The position numbers were made by a program, and so were the translations under genes. Shown in pieces: positions 55,886-64,000 of a stretch of 64,000 nucleotides of DNA. Numbering within the stretch: the first letter of the stretch is position 1; each line of letters opens with the position of its first letter. The notes under the pieces are model-generated. The model was not told where the DNA came from. It did not search any database and saw only the letters and a list, made by a program, of their open reading frames with translations. Source of the DNA: the human T2T-CHM13v2.0 reference genome, Homo sapiens; assembly GCF_009914755.1 (NCBI RefSeq), contig NC_060942.1. The stretch is one strand, 5' to 3'.

Positions 55886-56839
55886 AACCCTAGATGTGCA
55901 TGCTATTTTTCCTTGCAGGATTGCTGATGCCTGGATAGCCCAGGAAACATTTTTGATCTTGCTTGTAACATGCCAGCTACAGTGTGCTTGTGGCAAGTTT
56001 TTCAGAGGGAAATGAACTACTCAGCAGGAAATACTTATTGACTATTTACAGTGTGCAAAACCTTGATTGGGAAGTAGTGACTCTCAAATGGAATTCCCCA
56101 GTGTCTGTCACCATCCCAGAATAAGAGATATTTCATTTGGTTTTTTGAACTAGTGCTCTCCACAGGAATGATGCATTTCTGGAAAACATTGCCCCACCCT
56201 CCACCGTTCATAGCCCCCAAAACTAACAACACAGCTCGCCCTGAGCTGATGCCTTCACCAAAGCCACCTTGATGTCTATGAACCTTTCAAACATATTAGC
56301 AGCATGGCAGTCTGAAATTCTGGAGGGTGTATGCAAACATGTTCTAGACAGTGCCTCTTCCTGAACAAAACTGTCCCCCTTGATTGTGGCTATGGCATCC
56401 ATGAGGGCTGTTGACCAATTCTCTGAGAACCTACCCTTGAATCTTTTAGGCTGAGCTCCTCAAGTTTGTGGCCCCGAAAGAGCTCTTTGGCATCTTGTCC
56501 TGTCTAGCCAAGGAGGTTGAGGTAGTTGGTTGTCACTGGTACCTTCTTGGGGTCAAAGTGACATGTACATTGCTCCACTGTAGAAGTCCTGTTGTTCTTT
56601 CCTGCAGAACCAGCTTGCCTGTGTTGTGTAATCAAATCTTTCCTGTGGTTTATTGGGAATACCTCATAGGTATTTCCTTTCCCATCCAGTATGCATGATG
56701 AATAAAGGGATGCAACATGCAGTTGATTCGATTTTAAATAATTTTTCTTTACATTAAGAATGTAACCTACATGCATATCCTGCAGACTGTAACCAAGTGG
56801 ATCAGTCTAAAAAGTCACTTTGTGTAAATTAAAACAAAA

Positions 56840-57500
56840 ATGTGATACTTTTTTTCCTCTTATTGGCAAAAAAGTATGAAGTTTGGTAATACCAAGTAGG
56901 AACATTCTTTTAGTGAAAAGTGAAGGCAATTTTGCATTGTCTACTAAAATTTAAAATGTACATATGCTTTGATGCAGCTTTGGTGACTATCCTACAAAAA
57001 TACCTAGGTATACAAGGATCTGTGTACAGTATAACCTAAGTTCCCATCAGAAAAAGAATGGTTAAATAATATAATGCACATACGCAGAACTACAATGCAG
57101 ATGTGAGCAAGAATGACATGAGATCCATGTGTGCTGACATGAGAGGACCATCCCATGAAGAAAGCAAAGTTGCAGAAAAGTATGTGTAGTATGTACATCA
57201 CTTTTGTATTAAAGGTTAGAAAATAGACGATACTTTCAAGGATCATTTCTATAGTTTGTTACTAGAGAAATTGCTCTGAATGTGTAGAGCAGCAGAAATC
57301 ACAAAGAGGAGGCGCAGCATCCTCCCCTGAGCATGTTGCTTCCCTTCAACTGCGCTTTGCCATTACTGATGGTTCTTCTCTTCCTCTGCGAGAGTAAGAG
57401 GGAGAGGATGCAGTCTGAATGGGAAAAAAAAAAAAAAAGGTAGAAAAAGCTCTCTTAAGATCCAGATCCAGTAAATAGTTAAGAGTAGTTACTGTTAGTG
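56840..57500 (+). mobile_element. Old L1ME-like fragment hosting the U3 retrocopy
   Basis: ggcaattttgcattgtctactaaaatttaaaatgtacatatgctttga...agaatggttaaataa...gtgctgacatg. Confidence 0.6.
57224..57438 (+). pseudogene. U3 snoRNA retroposed pseudogene with poly(A) tail
   Basis: tagacgatactttcaaggatcatttctatagtttgttactagagaaa matches the U3 5' end (AAGACTATACTTTCAGGGATCATTTCTATAGTGTGTTACTAGAGAAG). The 3' end gagagtaagagggagaggatgcagtctgaatggg also matches. A15 tail at 57424-57438; TSD aaaggttagaaaa / aaaggtagaaaa. Confidence 0.93.
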
Positions 57501-58949
57501 GGTGTGAAACATTTTAAATCAATGTTAAGAATTCCTAAAAACAACTCAATAAGAATTGCTCATAATACCTCGGTTACTTTTGAAAATACATATACAGATA
57601 CTTAGGACAGTGCCTGATACATAATACTCAGTAAATGTTAGCTGCACATAGTAGTAGTTGTGGTATTATTTTGGGGAAAAAAAGATAGTTTTATTCCCTA
57701 TATTCTCTTTTGTGTACGCTTAGATTTAAGATGGTTTCATGTGAAGCTGGAGGTTAATCTTGGATTAATTGAAGAGTGTTTCTTGTTGCATTCTAATGTC
57801 CAAGGAAGTGATATACAGCAGTAACTTAACATCCTGAGATCATTGCAAATTGCTGAACTCATAGTTAAAGTGATTTTACAGGTTTCTATCTTTCTCCCAA
57901 GTCCTAATCTGCTGAGAGTTGCATGTTTTCTATTTCTTTTTTCAAATTAACTTTTAAGTTTCACACATTTTCTCTTATTTGCAGGCCATTTTTGATAAAG
58001 ATTAAAAGTTCATCAATCCAAGGGAAAGTATAAATAGGGAGTGCCAAAGTTATTTAGAAACTCAGGTACTGAGTGTTTGGCAAACTCCCAAGCAACATGG
58101 TGTGCTTCAAAGTGATTTGCTGTGCCAGAGTAGACTCAGTTCATATTTGTGTTTCAAACTCAAACCATCCCTCTCCGGGGTTTTGTACACCCCACTGTGG
58201 GTTGCTCCTCAATAGTTGAAGTCACAAATACATCTCGGAAGAACTGGATTGTATCACTCCTCCACAATAACGTGTTCTAGTAATAGTTAACAATGATTGA
58301 TAAATGATTATCTTTTAATTATGTTTTGCCCTATTTCAATAATGGCATCAAAATGATACCATTTTTATTGAAATTTGTGTGTGCTAATATAAATCTTTGG
58401 CAAATTCTTAGAGTCATTTTTTTTCCAGGACAACATTTATATTGAAAATATATTTTATTGTGTATATTATTATTTAGACTGTTTGTATTTACCTTTTTGA
58501 ATTTCAGCTCATGCAATCTTTTCTAATTCCCTAATATATAACTACATATTTTTTATTATGTAACTGTCAGTCTCATGCTAAGGTACCCAGACTCCAGGAG
58601 TCTTTACAGATAACTTCTTGTAAATCTACAATTGTTTGTTTCCACTGAAAATACATTTCTAGAAGGGTCATGGGAGAGCCCATTTCTTGATTTCTGCCAT
58701 TTTTGGACAGTTTTTGTTTCCTTTGTTGTTCATCTCAATTATTACTTTAGACCCTATAAAATATTCATTGGTCATAAAAATCCATGTTTAGCATAGATCA
58801 TACACTGGATAATGGGTAAGTGTAATGTTTCAAACTTCACTTTCTGTTGCATCCTACTTGCTTGGACCATATTTATGTATTCATGCAAAACACAAAGTCC
58901 CAGATGGAGGATAAAAAGCAATAAATAAAAATCATTGTTTAATATCTCA

Positions 58950-59250
58950 ATAGTGATGGACATAATAAAGAAAAAGTAGGATATTGCGTTAAAAATAATG
59001 GGTAAAAGGCTGTTGTGTTAAACAAGGTGGCCCATAAAAGCCTCCTTTGTCAAGATAACTTTGGAACAGAGATGTAAATGAAGTGAGGGCACGAGCAATG
59101 GCAGTTAACAGGCTGATGAGATTTTCAAGCAGAGGGAGCAGCAACTGTCAAAACCCCCAAATGGGAACCCCTTTGGCATATTCAAGAAAGTGCAAGGAGA
59201 TCACTGTGACTAGAGCAGCGTGAACAGGGCTGTGAACAGAAGGGAGGTGA
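58950..59250 (-). mobile_element. L2 fragment, antisense
   Basis: gaacagagatgtaaatgaagtgaggg...caagcagagggagcagcaa...ttcaagaaagtgcaaggag. Confidence 0.6.
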
Positions 59251-62200
59251 TTTATTGTTGAAAAGTTACTCTGACTGCATGCGGACAATGATGAAAGCAT
59301 GGAGATCAGTGACTTTCAACTTATTGGATGATGACCACCTCAGCTCCAGCAAGAAATATAATTTACATTATTACCCATTTCCACTTGATTCTTCTTTCAC
59401 TGACTTGAGTGATGATGTGTTCTCTGGCTTCACAGTTTCCTTGTGGTCTGCCTAGCAGAGGAGAACTGTTGTTCAAACATGAATATAAAAATGGTTCTTG
59501 CCAGGTCATGGGCAACTGCCTAAGTGACATGTTATCAACACAGTGAACTGGAGACCAAGACACCATTTCCAGAAGGCTCAACACACAATAACACTTACTC
59601 TGAAACCCCCAAATTTTACAGGAATTTTCATCCCGTAGGAAAAATCGGTCATGCAGGATCTGGTCAAGATTAGAAAAGTGCAGCTTTAAAAACTATAACG
59701 GACCCTTCTCTTCAATCCATTGATCCCTTCAGGGCAGGGAGCAAGTAATGCATCTTGCTCCTTCGTCTTGACAGACCTTACATAGAGGACTTACCATCCT
59801 TCGTCTTGACAGACCCTACATGGAGGACTGGCTCCAGGAAAGAGCAGACCAGGAGGATGGTGGGCTCTGGAAGCCTCAGCAGGGATTGGTTCACTGCAGC
59901 TGGTTCCCATAGTGAATACTTGGGAAGTGACTGCGTACATACCACTGATTTCTTTTGTTAAGAGAGCCACTGCTAAAGGAATAAAAAGTTTAACAAGAAA
60001 TCCTAAGATTAAAACATGCCTTATGACCTTCACTGTCCAGAATTCTTTAAGTTATTGTTTACAAGTATTAGTCCAGTAGTAAATTCCAAAGAATGAAAAA
60101 TGCAGACCTGTAATATATATGGTCCTTTCAGGAAAAGTAACGATTTGATTCCAGGAATAGATTTGATCTTTCTTTCTACCATAAATAATGGTGTTTGTAG
60201 ATGATACAGAAGGATGAGTTTGATATCCAGAGCATAGGAAATGGGCAATGTAACAAAACCTCTTCAGATTCTAGTTTCACTAAGTAAGATTTTGTCAACA
60301 CAAGTATATCTTACCAATGTATTGTTTTGAAGAGGGTTATTTTGGGGGTAATTATTTTCAGTTTTGCAAAAGGATGTTGGCAATATAGTTGTTAAATTTG
60401 TGCAAATAATAGGTAAAACAAAATACCACTGCAAATTATATTTTCCTGTGCCTATTAACCTGCACAGAATAAATATTTGCTAAAACATTTGTTAGATATT
60501 ATATTCTATGTACCATAATAAGACATACATTATTCATGAGTATATGTGTATAGATATAGATGTAGATGTAGGCACAGTTATGGACACAGTGATGCCCAAT
60601 ACTTAGACCACTGTAATTATCGAGTAACAAAACAGTAAATTGTTTTTTAAACTCTTCTAAATCATTTTCATTTTCAAATGTGAGAATGGTAGGTTTTGAA
60701 TGCTGATTCCCACTCTTTCTCTTAAGGTAGAGTAATATTCTTTGGACAAGAAAAACTTTGAGAAACTAGCTTTTTCCTAACCACTTAGTAGCCAGGGAAG
60801 CTTCATATGTTTTAGGAGCTTTCTATATCCTTCCTTCTCTCAAACCAATGTACAAAGAGGACAGTGCCATTCATGAGCACAGAAAATCCACCCAGCAGGA
60901 CACACTAAAGTGGTTTCCTTCCTGTTACTAAAAGTTAAAAAAAAAAAATGAGCATTAACCTTCCACTAAAGGGGAGGAGGTTGGTTATTCAGTGGGGCTT
61001 AGGGTTGGGACAAAAATATTGTTCAGTGTATTACTTGATAATAAGTAACAAAAGTTTAAAAATTTAATGGTTTGTTTTCCAGATTTATGAAATATATATG
61101 AATGTCATAGTGTCTGCTAATGCCAAATGGCTTTGTCAGAATATCCCTGGTTTCAGAATGCTCCCACATTCAAATATCTTGTCTCTCTCAGCCTCTATTA
61201 CTAGAATATCAGAAATGCTGTCCCATGCCCTGGTATATCTACCTCAGGAAAGCATTAGAGAAATGAGATTTTTTTTTCTGTCATGTTTTGCCTCTTCCTC
61301 CCCCCTTATAAAATATAAATATTAACAGAACAGTTAGTTTGGTATTATGGAACCCAAGGGGAAAAGACAAAGAACGTGTAATAGAATTGGTGCAAAATCC
61401 TCCTAAATATCTAGGGTAGGCCACTTGTTCATCTGGGCAACTCACACTGAGACAATAGGACTAGATAATGGGAAGGTATATTTGAAACTATTCGCAGATA
61501 TAAAATTATACCTTATTTATACTTCTCATAATTTTTATTCTTACCTTCAGGCCTCAGCCATGTAGACGTGAAATCAGTATGGCAATGCACAGACAAGGAA
61601 TTCAAATACTTAACCTCATCATGAAAATTAATCTGGAAAAATAAAAATAAATAATAAATCAATCTCTTACAATCTTCAAACCATCCTTGCTAAATCCTAT
61701 TTTTATGCAATGCAATATAAGTACCAAATATGCTTATTCACACTGCTAAAAGCCATGGCTATCATTAGATAAGCTGGTAAACATGGGAAATCAAGGGAAC
61801 TTGACAGGATAACTTTTTCTGGTGGATAGTTTTCTAATTTTATTCTAAACTACTGATATGAACTTAGGCATAAATTTTATGTAGTCTTTTTATGATTGTT
61901 CTGCCAGAAACAATCATAAATAGAGTAAATAGTGTTTACTCTTTAATACTATAATAAACCAGGAGAACATAATTACATGGAATACGTAAGTCTTCTCATC
62001 TTTTCCATTTCTGCTCAAATAGAACTATTTGCATAGTAGTCACCGTAGCAAAATTGGATTTTCATATTTAATTTTTTTTTATTTGGCCCTTATTTCTTGT
62101 TTCAAAAATTCAAGGGTGCTTGTGATTGTAAGTTGTTTCTGTTGAAAATAATTATTAAGAGGCCAAAGTGATATTCTACATCATTTTTCTTTCAGCTAAT

Positions 62201-62369
62201 TTTCAAGAATTACTAAAATGAAACATTTTTGAAAAATCATAATATATTTATTATGGATATATTTATTTCAAAATATATATCAGAGCTGGCTTTAACCTTT
62301 GAAATGTTGCTGTCCACTTCCAAGTGCAGGTCATCTCACCTGGCTTCTTGTTTTTGTTTTTGTTGTTAA

Positions 62370-62498
<129 letters not shown>

Positions 62499-64000
62499 TG
62501 ACTTCCTCTCCATAAAGCGTGGAAGTTATTGAAAGGAGAGAGAGACTAGCACTTCACCAGTTGACGTGCTGAGCTGCTGGAACATTATGGATAATGCTAA
62601 AGGGATCAATAGTTTAATGAAGGACGCACAGAATATAGAGCCCTACTGTCTTCATTCACTGGGACTGAAGGGTTGCCACAGAAGAGTTCATAAGAGAGCC
62701 CAGAGTAAGGTGGCACTGCTAACAAACTATTTTGCAATACATCTTTTCTTGTTTTAAACCGAGTTTTCTGATCTTATTTTTGCCATGTGTTTTCTGAAAA
62801 GTTTGATGATATGTTATTATGATATAATGATTGAACAAAAATTAATTTTCTCTAAGCAAAATGAGGTATTTCACAATTATAAGACAGTGATCTAGTCAGA
62901 GTTCAAAAAAGAAAAAATCACAACAGCATTTATTATAGTTCTGTGAAAAGGAAATACATGCTGTACTTGAAATACTACTTTTTAAACTTTTGTAACACTT
63001 TATGCTTTTATAACACTTCACTGTTTGTGAAAAATTATTGATTTAGTTCCTGATCTTGATCACCTGATTCTCAATATATACCAGTTGGGAAGAGAGGGCA
63101 AATCTAACCCCACTTTAGATGTAAAGGAATTGAAACATAGCCTTAAATCACTTTATCCCAGAGTCGCACTGTTACTTCACAAAATCGGGGTTAGGCTCCA
63201 CCATGATCATGGTAAATTTATAATGTTGCATTGGTAAATAGTTCCAAGTCATAGCTTCTTATATTTCTTTGTAGCATTTATTAATGTGGATATATTCCAT
63301 ATTATCGTATTAGGAATTTCCAGAAGGATAGGAAGAAATTCATAAGGATGTAGCTAAAATGTTAAACTGTCTGTTAAATTTAATGAACTATTAATTAATT
63401 ATCTAAAAGTCTGGCTTCTTTCCATGAAGTAGTTCTAAGAGATGGTAACAGGTGTTGAGGTGTTGGGGGTAAAAATTTCAGGGGTCAGACAAGTTTAGGG
63501 GATACTGTTGGAATGTTAAACAGCTTTCTTTGTTCAGACCTTCTCAAAGTCTCTAATGTGTGAATGTGCATTGTGCATTTTCTGGGCGTGCATCAAATAT
63601 GCACTATTTGCCATACTTGTTTAACTGTCAAATTTTGTTTGTGATTTTTTTTAAGACATTAACTCCCCACCATATTCTTCTACTGTGGGCCCTCACTGAG
63701 AACAATGAAAACACTCTGAATACTTGTTTAAAAGTTAAATTGCATGTTATTTATAAGATCCTTTCATAAGAGAGACAGGTTCTTCAGATAGCATTTTCAG
63801 ATTCTCTTTTGTTAAGACAGTTTTTAAAACTGGAGTATATTACTGCTAGTAAATTTGAGAGAAATAAACCACAAGCATCTACCAGGTAAAGAAAAAAAAA
63901 AAAGAACAAGGTGACCTTGTCAGGCTTCTTTAAAAATGAAGTGAGGAGATCACAGAGAGGACTCTTTGTTACCACATAAGACACAGCTGCCATCAGCAGA

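Noticed and set aside
56220-56776. Run of minus-strand open frames suggesting a decayed coding sequence
   Set aside because: On careful reading the frames are broken by stops and shifts, and I recognise no protein family; tblastx would be needed.

Overview
AT-rich primate (human-like) genomic DNA lying entirely inside one large + strand gene, recognisable as WDR7 (rabconnectin-3 beta). Five GT-AG coding exons (23872-24058, 35738-35855, 38483-38632, 39265-39347, 62384-62483) splice in frame into the C-terminal region; from memory these are probably exons 22-26 of 28. The ORF track misses all five. The rest is intron containing Alu, L1, L2, L3, MIR, MaLR/ERV LTRs, Tigger/Charlie/mariner elements, microsatellites and a polyadenylated U3 snoRNA retrocopy. 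I found no evidence of a new multi-gene system, CRISPR array or prokaryotic feature. The best leads are hypotheses about RNA processing: a candidate TDP-43-repressed 21-nt poison micro-exon beside a (GU)19 tract, a 351-nt exon trio that would make a stop-free circular ORF, a candidate 48-nt in-frame cassette exon, and a let-7-like imperfect hairpin. There are also several unexplained duplications and palindromes. Repeat subfamily names come from recalled consensus sequences, and boundaries of old repeats are approximate.
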